IMG/VR virus record: IMGVR_UViG_3300024350_000008
Source of the DNA: a virus
Taxonomy: Duplodnaviria > Heunggongvirae > Uroviricota > Caudoviricetes > Crassvirales
Direction: 5' to 3' (one strand)
DNA: 19,102 nt
Numbering within the stretch: position 1 is the stretch's first letter; each line of letters begins with the position of its first letter. The position numbers and the translations under genes were made by a program. Below are positions 7,036 through 18,100 of this stretch, in pieces. Under the pieces are notes generated by a model. That model was given only the letters and a program-made list of their open reading frames with translations. It had not been told where the DNA came from and ran no database searches.

Positions 7036-7065
7036 CAAAATTAGTTGTTAGTAATGTATTTTCAA
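7036..7065 (-). promoter_or_regulatory. Probable Bacteroidota-type promoter for the fibre operon
   Basis: TTG (7065-7063), a 19-nt spacer, then TAATTTTG (7043-7036). Same spacing as the promoter at 578-608. Only 5 nt separate it from the ATG at 7030. The AT-rich context raises the chance-match risk. Confidence 0.55.
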
Positions 7066-7097
7066 TGAGTTATGAAGAAATAAACGACATAATATAG

Positions 7098-10000
7098 CTA
7101 TCGTATACCATAGTTCTTTTGCATCTTTATACCCAGGTCTTTGGCAGCATCTGGGTAGAACATTGGGAGGTAACCAACCATCTGATTGGTGAATGGGAAG
7201 GTACGCATCCAATACTTGATAACATATGTATCTTTTACAGTTTTCTCATCACCTTCTATAAGAGCCCAGTTTTCTACAAAGAAGTTACCCAGTCCCTTTC
7301 TGAAGTTCTCAATCAGGGAGATGGCTGGGAATATGTTTCCAGATACAGTTTTGAGGATGGCTGTAGGATCGTAGAAATAGCTAATCTCATCCTTAAACTT
7401 ATCAGCCATCTTTACAAGGAACCTATATTGGTTCTTGACAGAAGGATCTTCCTCATCATCTGGAAGGTTCTTTATGCCTGCCACAAGGATGAGTAGGCTT
7501 ACGTAGAATATTACGTCTATTATCTGAGACCTAATGTTTCCTCTGACAAGATCTATAAACTGTGCCTCTGTCATATCTAGTTCCTTGCCTGTGTCCTTCT
7601 TATATTCATCCCTCTTCTTTTCATAAAGCTGTCTCATGAATTCAACCCCTCTCTCATTAGCCACTAGAGATCCATGGAGATTACCTAACATTCTGAATAG
7701 GTCTTCCTTGATAATCCTAAACACCATTCTTGTTCTTCCCCATTCGTAGGCATCAGAGGCTGAATTGTATTTAACATTACCAAATCTTACATCAATCAGA
7801 CGAGGAATCCAGTTTTTAAACACCATGAATGACTTACCATATACACTCATGTTTATCATTCTGAGATCATCTTCTGACAAGTTACCAAGCGCAGCTTTGC
7901 TCAGACTTTGTACGTTCCTTCTGAGATCAACAACACTTTGTGACTGTTGCTCAACACCAGGTATAACTAGTTTATTATCAACGATTTGTGAAACTTTTAA
8001 TACACCCTTCTCTTCAACAAGTTTCTTAACATCCTCCTCAAATTGATTCTCTAGGCTTTTTCTTTGCTCCACCCCACCAGCATATATGTTTGCATATTTA
8101 GGCTGAGACCTTAGGTATTCTCTAGCATTCACCACTTCTCCATCTTGAACAATAGTGTTCTTGAGGAAGGAAAGGAAGTTGGCAGTTTGTACATTCCAGT
8201 CAGACTTTCTCATAAGGAACATCAGCCCATCTTGTAAACTCTCCTGTGTCAATGTGCTGAGAGAAAGCTTCTTTGCAAACTCCCTGTTATAGTTTTCTGT
8301 CAGAGGGAGGAAGTATTCAAGAGCAGCTATTATTTTCTTTTGGTTAGGAACATTGAGCTTCTGTGTGAATATCTCAAGCTCACTAGCCAGATAATCACCC
8401 TTGGTGAAATACTTACCAGAGTTGATGATAGACTGAGCATTACCACCAAAGAAGTTGGAAGATGCTGACAGGAGGTTTAGTCCAAGAGCACTCAGCTGGA
8501 ATGTGCTGTTCAGATTGTCAATAACCTTATTAACACTCACTTGTCTTTCAGACAGACCCTCTGGGAATACGTTTATTCCAAGCTTCTTGTTCAATGTCTC
8601 ACCCCAATTACCAAGCTTTCCAAGCAGCTGATCAAATGTCTCACTTGTAACATATCTCTGACCATATATGATGGATTTCATCATATCATCGTAGAGCTTG
8701 GAGTTTTCATTATTGTCTGGAGTGTATTGGAGAACATCATCTTTGTATTCTGTTTTTCCAAATATAGAGGTGGCAATTGCCTTCTTGTTCCTCTCAACAC
8801 CAGACACAAGTCTCAACTGATCCTCCATCTGTTTCAAATACTTATATCTAATGGCTGCCTCATTATAGAAAGCCATTGTCCTGAACAGGTCTTCGCTCAC
8901 TTCTCCTTCTATAGGAGATGTGAAATACTTAGGGATGACATTGATGGGTTTGCCTGACAATGGATCAGTTTGACCATATCCTATATCTCCTTCATCAATA
9001 GATATGCTTCTGAAGAACTGTTCACCAAGTCTAACGTTTCCTCCCATTACAAGTTTCTCTGTAAGGGTTTTTCTTACAAATGGCAGGAACACCCTAGCGC
9101 TGTCTCTTCTTATATATCCAAGATCTCTGTATTCTTCGTTCTTGTCTCTAATGTAATTATAGAAATCAAGAGCAGCTTTGTTCTTTGGATCGTTCAGCTC
9201 TTTCCATTCTTTAGACACCCATTTCTCTGCTGCATGTTTCTTTACAAGATCATAAAGCAACCATCCTGGAGATTCTGTAGTGGTTGTGTTGTATAAAGCT
9301 CTAGCCTGGTTTATTTCATATTTAAGCTCATTTGGAAGATCTGCAGGATTCTTTGTCTCCTCATATCTCTGCATTCTTGCAGCTTCTTCTTGGTTCTCAA
9401 ACACCCTAGGTCTGTCAATAATTCTTTGTATCTCTTCCTTGAGCTTCTCAGAAAGGTCTTTGTTGTATTCAGCAACATTGATGTTAGCTCTCACCCAATC
9501 ATAATCCTTAGCCTCTATCTTCTTCTTAAGGGTGGAGAAGAACTCAGGATTGAACTCATCAATAAGCTCGTTCTTTCCTTTCTTCTTGATAATATCAAAA
9601 TAGCTTTTTGCTGTAAGTCCTTTAGATCTTGCCCATTTATCGTAGGCTTCCTTTATAGACAGCAGTCTTTTGTTCTCGTTGATTGCCTCCATTCCAGAAT
9701 AAGCAAACGCTTTGTTTGCCTTTTTGTAAAGGATTTGTATAGCTCTTGTCTGTAATGTTGATGTGGTTCCAAAGAGTTTTGTAAAACCTTTTATTATTTT
9801 CTCTGGAGACAACAAGGAATCTATTCCTTCAGACTTAGCAACTATTTCAGAAGCAAAGTTGTTTATAACACCATCCTCACCTTCTAGCTCATTCATAAGA
9901 GATCTGGCAGCATCTGCTGTCTTTCTTAAGTCTTCATTAAGCTTTGCATCCTCTTCTGACAGTTCTTCTGGGAACAGAAATCTCAAATCCACATCAAGAT

Positions 10001-12110
10001 TGGTGTAGGTTCTCAAAGACTCCTGTGCTGTAATAAGATCTGCAGCAAACTCACTAACCTGTTGGTCTGTGAAAGACTTAGGATCTTTTCCTTCAAACTC
10101 ATTCTTATATCTCTGTAGGAGCTTCTTTATCTGTATGTTTAATATCTTAGCTTGTCTAAGTAGAGGTCTCACCTCTCTCTTCATCTGAAGATGTCTGATT
10201 GCCTGGAACAGTGAGTTGAGCTGTTCTCTTTTGCTCAATGTTTCAGAAGGCAACACTCTTCTCTCAGAAAACTTTTTGTATACAGCATTGAGTTTTTCAA
10301 GAATGCTGTCAAGCTTTTTGCTACCTGTTTTCTCATCAATCAAAGCAAGAGGTAATAAATAATCTTCATCAATGTTGTTCACCACAACATCTCCAATCCT
10401 CACCTTCTCAAGCATTGGAAGAACACCAGACCTTGCATCCCCTCCTGTGTAAATAGCCTGTATAGGAATCATCCTAGTCTGTTCAAAGTTTCCAGGCTTA
10501 ACACCATACACGCTCTTTAGGATGAGCTTATACTGGTCCATTTGTATTCTCCAGCTATTGACATTATACCAAGGAATCTCTTGGAATTGATCTGTCTTAA
10601 TAGCCATGAACTTCCAGTCAAGAACATATGTATTTCCTTCTGGTGTAATAGCAAGGAAGTCCACTGTACCAGCTATAGATCTGTTAGGATCGTAGATGGT
10701 CACCTCACTAGCAAATCTCACCTTACCACCACCCTGAGCATTGATCACTCTAATTCTTTCTTGTAGATTGTCCTTCAGAACACTAAACATAGACCTGTCT
10801 GAAGCAGGCACCTTGGCTAATGCTACATCCTCATCCAAAGGAACATCTCTTACAAATCCGTTCTCATCTATGAACATGCCAAATGCAAGTTCTAGATATT
10901 TATGGCCAGCTGTACCCTTCTCTTTCTTAAGTTCATCAAGTGCCTTTTGGTAGTCACTCTTTGTTAAATCCTTCTGGTCACGCTGTCTGGAATACCAATC
11001 TTTAGAAAGATCTGTCACCCTTCTTCTGATTTGCTTTCCATCTATGAAGTATCTCTCAACTTCCTCACCATCCTCTATAACAGTTTTTTTCTCTATCTTA
11101 GAATCCACCTCTTTTATTTTATTAAAGATGGTGGTCTGTGGATCATTTGCCTGCTGAAGGAAAGCTAAATCTATATCAGCTCTGATGTCATCCGCTGTAC
11201 CTATTTTCTTTCCAGAGATGATGTCCATAGCTGCCTGGTCAAATCCACTCTTTGTGAATAGTCCTTTGAGCCATTCCATAATCTTTCCCCACCAACCAAG
11301 TGCTTTCTCAAGGTTCTGAGGATTGTCCACAGCTCCCTCACGGTTCTTAATAACCACCTCAGCCAACACCTTTGCTATAGCCTCGTCTTTAAGTTTGAGG
11401 ACATCTGGCTTACCATCCTTTGTCTGATAGAGAGGATCAGACGCATAGTCAGCAAACACTTGCTTTAATATCCTATAGTTGTTTATCTCACTCAACAGCT
11501 TCTTGTAAAGGGCTGGGTTTGTTTGCTTTATAATCTCAACAGCAAAGTGCATTGCTTCCTCAGGAAGAGCTTCAGCCTCTTTACCCTCTACCACCTGTAT
11601 AAGCTTCTGCATAATAAGAGCTACACCATTTGCATTCTGCTTCTCACCATTTACAACAATCTGTTGCATAGGTTTGATGTTAACACCAATACGATTGAGG
11701 AAGTCTTTTATCATGGCCACAGTGGCAGGAGAAGCTTTTGACATATCTAAGTCTTCCTTCTGTAACATAGCATTCTTAGGATCTGTCTTTTGTTCTTCAG
11801 GAAGTCTATTGTATTCGTGTTCTACATAATTAGGATTGACATCCAGAGTTATTGTAACTGGATCATAATCAGAAACGTTTGTAACATATCCAGTTACAGC
11901 ATTATTAAATGACTTTCTAACTTGTGCCAGCTTTCTTTTAGCTATATTCAAGGCTTGAGTTCTACTCAAAGCTTTTGTCCCAGCAGCATCCACTTTACCA
12001 TTTATTCTTATGGTGTCATCAGATATACGGGAATAAGTGTACCTACCTTCAAACATTTCGTTGAAAGCTTTGTCCAATATTGCCTTTTTAACATCTAGTC
12101 TACAAGCCAT
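7098..12110 (-). CDS. Large probable virion ejection (cargo) protein with a degenerate zincin-like domain, a PD-(D/E)xK nuclease domain and C-terminal hydrophobic helices (1670 aa)
   Basis: LPEEAMHF...KDEAIAK...WWGKIMEWLKGLF (zincin/MPTase-like); KGTAGHKYLE...AGTVDF...YVLDWKF...QMDQY (PD-(D/E)xK); VIFYVSLLILVAGI (hydrophobic). It is adjacent to and coupled with the virion RNAP gene, as for crAss-like cargo proteins. Confidence 0.72.
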   Translation of the reverse strand: MACRLDVKKAILDKAFNEMFEGRYTYSRISDDTIRINGKVDAAGTKALSRTQALNIAKRKLAQVRKSFNNAVTGYVTNVSDYDPVTITLDVNPNYVEHEYNRLPEEQKTDPKNAMLQKEDLDMSKASPATVAMIKDFLNRIGVNIKPMQQIVVNGEKQNANGVALIMQKLIQVVEGKEAEALPEEAMHFAVEIIKQTNPALYKKLLSEINNYRILKQVFADYASDPLYQTKDGKPDVLKLKDEAIAKVLAEVVIKNREGAVDNPQNLEKALGWWGKIMEWLKGLFTKSGFDQAAMDIISGKKIGTADDIRADIDLAFLQQANDPQTTIFNKIKEVDSKIEKKTVIEDGEEVERYFIDGKQIRRRVTDLSKDWYSRQRDQKDLTKSDYQKALDELKKEKGTAGHKYLELAFGMFIDENGFVRDVPLDEDVALAKVPASDRSMFSVLKDNLQERIRVINAQGGGKVRFASEVTIYDPNRSIAGTVDFLAITPEGNTYVLDWKFMAIKTDQFQEIPWYNVNSWRIQMDQYKLILKSVYGVKPGNFEQTRMIPIQAIYTGGDARSGVLPMLEKVRIGDVVVNNIDEDYLLPLALIDEKTGSKKLDSILEKLNAVYKKFSERRVLPSETLSKREQLNSLFQAIRHLQMKREVRPLLRQAKILNIQIKKLLQRYKNEFEGKDPKSFTDQQVSEFAADLITAQESLRTYTNLDVDLRFLFPEELSEEDAKLNEDLRKTADAARSLMNELEGEDGVINNFASEIVAKSEGIDSLLSPEKIIKGFTKLFGTTSTLQTRAIQILYKKANKAFAYSGMEAINENKRLLSIKEAYDKWARSKGLTAKSYFDIIKKKGKNELIDEFNPEFFSTLKKKIEAKDYDWVRANINVAEYNKDLSEKLKEEIQRIIDRPRVFENQEEAARMQRYEETKNPADLPNELKYEINQARALYNTTTTESPGWLLYDLVKKHAAEKWVSKEWKELNDPKNKAALDFYNYIRDKNEEYRDLGYIRRDSARVFLPFVRKTLTEKLVMGGNVRLGEQFFRSISIDEGDIGYGQTDPLSGKPINVIPKYFTSPIEGEVSEDLFRTMAFYNEAAIRYKYLKQMEDQLRLVSGVERNKKAIATSIFGKTEYKDDVLQYTPDNNENSKLYDDMMKSIIYGQRYVTSETFDQLLGKLGNWGETLNKKLGINVFPEGLSERQVSVNKVIDNLNSTFQLSALGLNLLSASSNFFGGNAQSIINSGKYFTKGDYLASELEIFTQKLNVPNQKKIIAALEYFLPLTENYNREFAKKLSLSTLTQESLQDGLMFLMRKSDWNVQTANFLSFLKNTIVQDGEVVNAREYLRSQPKYANIYAGGVEQRKSLENQFEEDVKKLVEEKGVLKVSQIVDNKLVIPGVEQQSQSVVDLRRNVQSLSKAALGNLSEDDLRMINMSVYGKSFMVFKNWIPRLIDVRFGNVKYNSASDAYEWGRTRMVFRIIKEDLFRMLGNLHGSLVANERGVEFMRQLYEKKRDEYKKDTGKELDMTEAQFIDLVRGNIRSQIIDVIFYVSLLILVAGIKNLPDDEEDPSVKNQYRFLVKMADKFKDEISYFYDPTAILKTVSGNIFPAISLIENFRKGLGNFFVENWALIEGDEKTVKDTYVIKYWMRTFPFTNQMVGYLPMFYPDAAKDLGIKMQKNYGIR
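10400..11050 (-). other. PD-(D/E)xK (RecB/Cas4-like fold) nuclease domain inside the 1670-aa protein; boundaries approximate
   Basis: GTxxH..E helix (10902-10916), catalytic Asp in GTVDF (10659-10661), D-W-K (10611-10619) and a downstream QxxxY helix (WRIQMDQY). Confidence 0.8.
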
Positions 12111-15100
12111 TATTTACATTTTTCGTCTTTAATGTCTAGATCTTTATTAGGAAACTCTTTAGCAGATATCTCTTCATTTCCTTTTCTATAGTCACTCACT
12201 CTTTTTGAAGCACTGGTCAGATCATTCACAATATCATTAATTGCACCTCTTATAGCTTTAGCAGGTGATTTATCATATATGTTTTCATAATGAAGCCATA
12301 TCATTTTTGCCAAAAGAGTTTCATTATCAATACTAGCATCTACAACATTTCCATCTTCATCAAACTCACGAGGTGTTGGAACCTTATTCAAAAACTCAAG
12401 AGCTTCCTTGTTTTTACCTTCTGCAATTAATCTTTCACCCTTGTCAATGTTTTCTTTGTAGGTCTTGAAATCTTCAAATACATAATTCAATTTAAACTCA
12501 TTATCAATAAGACCTATCTCATAAGCTTCACCTACTGTTGAATTTTCTTCAGCCAAGTTTATTGTAATTAACTCATTTATATCTGTGTCACTAACTTCTT
12601 CATCAACTAATTGTGAAGGTACAACTTGTTTTTCAGCTTTAACAACGCCACTAAAATAATTTATAATGTCCTCATCAGGAATCTCATTATCAATCTGAAC
12701 AGTTCCATTGTTGTATATAGAACGTCTGTTGTCAGCATAGTATTCAGAAGCACGGTTGCCATCTCCCAACAGGTTTACAAGCTTGTATACATATTCTCCC
12801 TTATATGTTGTTACAGGATTACCCAAAGCATCTCTCACCTTCTGATAGCCATACACATTATCTACAGATAGGTCTCCTGACTTTCTTCTGTTGTAGACAG
12901 CTGCATTTGTTATGGTGAGACCTGTTTCCATGTCAACCAATTCTCCAAGGTTTTCAATGAGTGTGATTCTACGAACCTTCAAAAACTCGTATTGTGCATC
13001 TGAAGAGTTAAACTTAGGATCAATCAACATTATTCTCCTGTCAAGGTCATCTTTGATTCCCAATTCTTTTATTGCCCCAAATGATGGAGATTTATATCTG
13101 TAATATTGATTGCCATATTGGTCTTCAAAAGGTGCTACACTTTCATCTTCAAACAGCTTTATCTTAGCTACAGGCATCACATTATCATCGTTCCAGTTGT
13201 TCTTTTGGAAAGCTCCTTTAGAGAACAATTGTACATCCAATGTTGGAGCCAGAGAATCAATAATAGGCTTCACCTTCTCAGAATACTTCTCTGGAGGAAT
13301 AATGTTCTTTATGGATATAGAAGAGTCATAAACTCCCTGTATCAGAGCCACCTTAACAATGTTGTTGAAGAGGTCAGGATCAACATCATTCAGCTCTCTC
13401 ATCATCTCTGTGTAAATGTTCTCATCTACAGGATCTGTTATCTTCACTCTAGTTTTGATGCTTTGAGCACCTCCCTCTCTATCACCAGTTACAACTTGGA
13501 GCTCGTTAAGTATTCTCAATGTTGGGTATTTCTTCTTTGCCTGCTCAAGCTGTTTAGCTACAGAGTTGTCTCCAAGTGTTAAGCTTGCAAGCTCCTCATT
13601 TAGATTGGTCTTGGTTTGAATGATGTAATCAATGAAGCTAGCCTTGAGTTTACTTGCCACCTTCTCAAAGTTCTCATCTGCCATAAAGTCCACTTCTTCA
13701 TAAGGTGTTAATACTGAGTCAGTTATCACTCTAAACTTGTCTTGCTCAGTCTTAATTATCTCTCCCATAGAAGACATCATCAAGTCAATCAAGTCTCTTT
13801 GGTTACCTATAAAGGAAGCATTGAGGATTTTCTCTGCACAGCAGAAGATGTTTTTCTGTTGAGCAATTCCTGTTTTGGTTTGCTTCCTTGAGAAGGAATC
13901 TGAGTTTCTTGACTTAGATGTGTCATAGTTGATGGCTTGTGTAAGTTTGTAACTATACTGAGCCATCTTGGCATATTTCAAAAACTCATCAAGGATGTTA
14001 TGCTGTTCAGCATTCTGTTCACTCGTGAGACTTTCTTTTGCGTATTGTTCAATATTATTATCAAAGTTTTTTATATCTATACCCACTGTGTAAGTGAGTG
14101 AGGATGTAGTGGGGAAGAAAGCTTTGACAGCTTTTACGTTTGCAGAAGAGAACAATCTCTTGTCTCCTTTTCCTTCCAGATAAGAAATGTACTTTCTGAT
14201 GATGGGCTGGTTAATAAACTTAGAAACGTATGCACCTGATCCAATTCTCTCAAGGAACATGGTTGGACTTATCAGCAAATCTGAATAGATGATATCCATG
14301 ATGAATCTATCCTTAGACACATCAAGAACAGCTGTACCATATCCAGCAAGTCTGTCAGAAATGTATTGATTGTTTCCATCAGCAGTTTTAGATCCAGACA
14401 ATGAAAGACGTTCTATTCCATTGATATTCACAGTGTTATGTGGAAGAACTATACTACCATTTCCAATAATTGACCTCTCAAAGTCAGACAACTGTGACAG
14501 TTTTAAAGGATCTAGATGAGTTTGGGTTTTTTGGAATAGAGAATGAGAAGTGATGTTTGTAGCAACAATACCTATCCATGCCTTACCTGTGATGAAGTCA
14601 TTTCTAAGTGTGGTCATGTATGTACCATCCAGAAGTCTGTTCTTCACCTTATCAGTATCTATTCCTCTAAGTCTGTTTATTTCATTTGCCACTTCCTTCA
14701 AACCAGCATCATTGGTAGGAACAAGTCTTCTATCATAGTTGCCAGGAAGGGTGAGCATATTCTCAAGAGTTTGGAAGTATTCATTCTCAAGAGCACGGTT
14801 GTACATGTCGTTCACATATCTATCTCTCATAGTAGCTTGGAGATTTGCATCTCCTAAACTTTCAAGTTCCTTTATAAGGACATCAGCACGATCTTCTGCT
14901 GTAGCATCTTCAAGAAGCAAATCCAGAAGGTCTGAGTATCTTTCTACCAGATTGTTTGGATCTTCAAGTCCCAGGTCAAGGATTTGCAGAGCATCCAATA
15001 TCTCAGCTTTATTCACCTTCTTCTTCTCAAGTCTATCATCAAACACCTTACCAAAGAAATCCTTTGTAGCTTCTTCAGAGCCAAGGTATTTAACCAAACG

Positions 15101-18100
15101 AACATTACCATTCTTGTCTACATATATAGACTTGAGGTAGGTGCTCATCTTATCAAAGTCAAAGTCAAGACCTGCTTTTGTTGTAAGTTCTGAAGGAACA
15201 ATTACAACATCTCCCATGAATTCTGGAAGGAAACCTTTTATTCTATATGTGTCAATCTTATTCTGTGCATCACAAGGAACACGGAAAGCAACACCCTGTA
15301 TTATTTGTTTGCCCTCTGGAGTGCTATTCAGGTATTCTAGAATAGACTCATCTGTTGGGAATCTTCTCTTATTAAACTTGCTCTTATACTTATAAGGAAG
15401 CAATATCTCAATATATGGATCGTCCTTTGTATAGAACTTAAGTTCTGGGTTTGGAGCATTTGGATCTCTCTTTCCTTTCTCCCAAAGAGTGACAGATGAC
15501 ATAGCCTTAGGCCCACCGTTCAACTTAGGACTCACCAAAGACTTATTCACCATTGAGTAGAGAATGTCCTTAATCTGCGTGTAGTGTGTAGATGCTTCAA
15601 AAGGAATAGGGAACTGTTTGTTCTCGTCCAACTGGATAGCATATTTCACATTCTCAGAAAGTTGTCTTCTGAAGAATTCACCCTCAAGAGTTTCTGCAAC
15701 AGCCACAGGATCAACAAGTTTAAATCCATCTCCCAAATCTTTAAGACCAAGCTTGTTTAGAAGCTGCTGATACTTATTGTCATGATACCTCTTGGTAGCA
15801 TCTATGTAATCTTTGTATGCCTTCTCAGCACCAGCTATAGCCTCTTTACCATTATTGAAGAAGTCCATGCTAGATATCTTTGAAGGCTGAGATCCCCACG
15901 TTTGATCCTTAGGATTCTCATAAGAGTTTTCCACCTGAATACCAAGAGCTTTCCAAGGCACCTTAACAAAGTTGTCAAATGGAGCATCGTTAAACTGATT
16001 GTTGGCATAGAGGTTCTGAAGCTTCTCAGCACCCAGCTTTCTACCACTAACCATTACAGCATAATCAACCTTCTCCTTCCACATCTTAGTGTAAAGCTTC
16101 TCAAGGTTTCTTCCCTGAACAGCTTTGTAATATATAGGAAGCTGTGCAAACTTATCAACTACGAGATTAATGTTTGTTGAAGCAGCTTTGGTTCCTGTAG
16201 CAACTGGCTTAAGCTTTTCAAGCACAAACAAAGGCTCAGGCTTCTTAAGACGTTCTTGATCAAGCTTTCTTAATTGCTCATTCTTATACTCATAGCCTGG
16301 CATATTCTGTCTGGTGTAAGCCATTTGCCATTGATGCCATTCTTCAGCTTCTTCTGGCCACTGTGCATTCTTGAGCTTAAGCTCTCTGTATGCTGTATCC
16401 ATCAGCCAAGAATCAGCATCTGCCTCATTCACTTCTTTATACAGTGGAGTTGAGAACTCAATATCCTTCACCGTGATGGTGTTAGCGTAGTCTTTGTGTA
16501 AATGATAACCAAGTTCTTCAGGATCCAAGGACACATCACCCACCTTGTTATACTCATCATTCAATGAGCTGTTATACTCAGGAGTGTCAAATGTCACTCT
16601 TCTTGGAGAACCAAATGACTTCACACGTTTGGTTTCATCAAGAATGTTATCCTTTATCTTGAACTGATATGGATCACCAAATAGAATTTTGTGGAACTCT
16701 ATATTAGCAATCATATAGTTCATCCTGGCAAACGTTAGAATATTATTAACACTTTCTTCTGAAAGTTTAAATTTATTCAAAGAAACATTCTTGCTATTAG
16801 TGAAACTATCATCAAGCTTTGGATAGGCATACATGTTTGGATCATCTTGCTCACGTTTAGAAAGCAGAACGATCTGGCTTTCTGACATAAGAGCTTCTCT
16901 GGTTCTAGTTACATTTTCTTCAACAGATATTTTAACCATCTCATTGATCTTCTCTGTAACATCCTCACGATCTATGTATTCTTTTATTTGGTCAATAGAC
17001 TCTCCTGCTTCAATTCTTTTGTTTATTTCGTTGAGTACAGCTGAAGGAACCAGTTCTCCAGCGCTGTTATATGTTGAGAGTATATCCTTGAAGAAACGAA
17101 GTTCTTTTGCTTTGTTTCCAATGTTCCTAATCTTAGACCTGTTCTCCCAATCCAAAGCAACATTTATGTCATCTATCAAATAGCCCTTGAACACCTTGTA
17201 AAGTCTGTTCCAAGATCTGCCATTCTTGATGTCATCAAATGTAATATAGTTGCCCATGTTCATCATCCACTCTGTAGATGAATCTGCAGGGAGCATTATA
17301 TAGTAGTTTCCTTTTAGGTTCTGGTTGATCTCTTGGGTCATTCTTTGTCCAAGAGGTAAACTGTTGGTTGTCTTACCAGTGTTTGTGTTGTTGTTCTTCT
17401 CACCCTGTATGTACGAAACCTTGATTAGCCTCATCTTTGTACCATCAGCCTTGTAGAACAGTCCATTCTTCATTAGAGAAATGCTGTTCTTAGAGAAGAT
17501 GTCTTGGAGTTCTGGTCTCATAGAAATCAAATCCTCAAGAGTTTCTGCCTCATTGAATTCATTTTCAAACACAGAGAAGTAGTTGTTCTGTGTATAGGTT
17601 TGAAGTCTTGATCCATCCACACCAGGATAGGTGCTATCGGTGAGAGGATTGGTTGATTCTATCAAAAGGTTGGCTAGAGCAGATACATAAGAATTGATAC
17701 CTAGTTCTTTTCCACTCACTATACCTATCTCTTTTGTTCGTTTCAGATAGGTGTATATGTTTCCTACAGCTTCTGAGAACTCGTCTTTACCCTCATCCTT
17801 TAGATTAGCATAGTCACCTAGAGTGAATGTAATGCCAATCTTAGACAAGAACTCAATCTGGTCTTCAGGATTCTTTGGCATGCTTGTTGGGTAAACTTTC
17901 TCATTCGTATTAACCTCGTACGTTTTCTTCTCCTTGTTCCATTTTACAATTGAGTTAGGATCTTTGGACAACGTTTTGATTCCCTCATACCATCCGTATT
18001 CAATTTCTTTTGCAGCAGTGAACTGATTGGCAGGAGCTGTATAAACCTGACTTCCTGTTATATATTGTGCAAGTGCTTCAGGCTTTTGCAAGCTGAATGT

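Noticed and set aside
3859-7100. Stop-codon reassignment (TAG/TGA), known in some crAss-like phages
   Set aside because: The giant ORFs are intact in the standard code. Read-through of TAG at 7098 or TGA at 3909 gives only short, featureless extensions.
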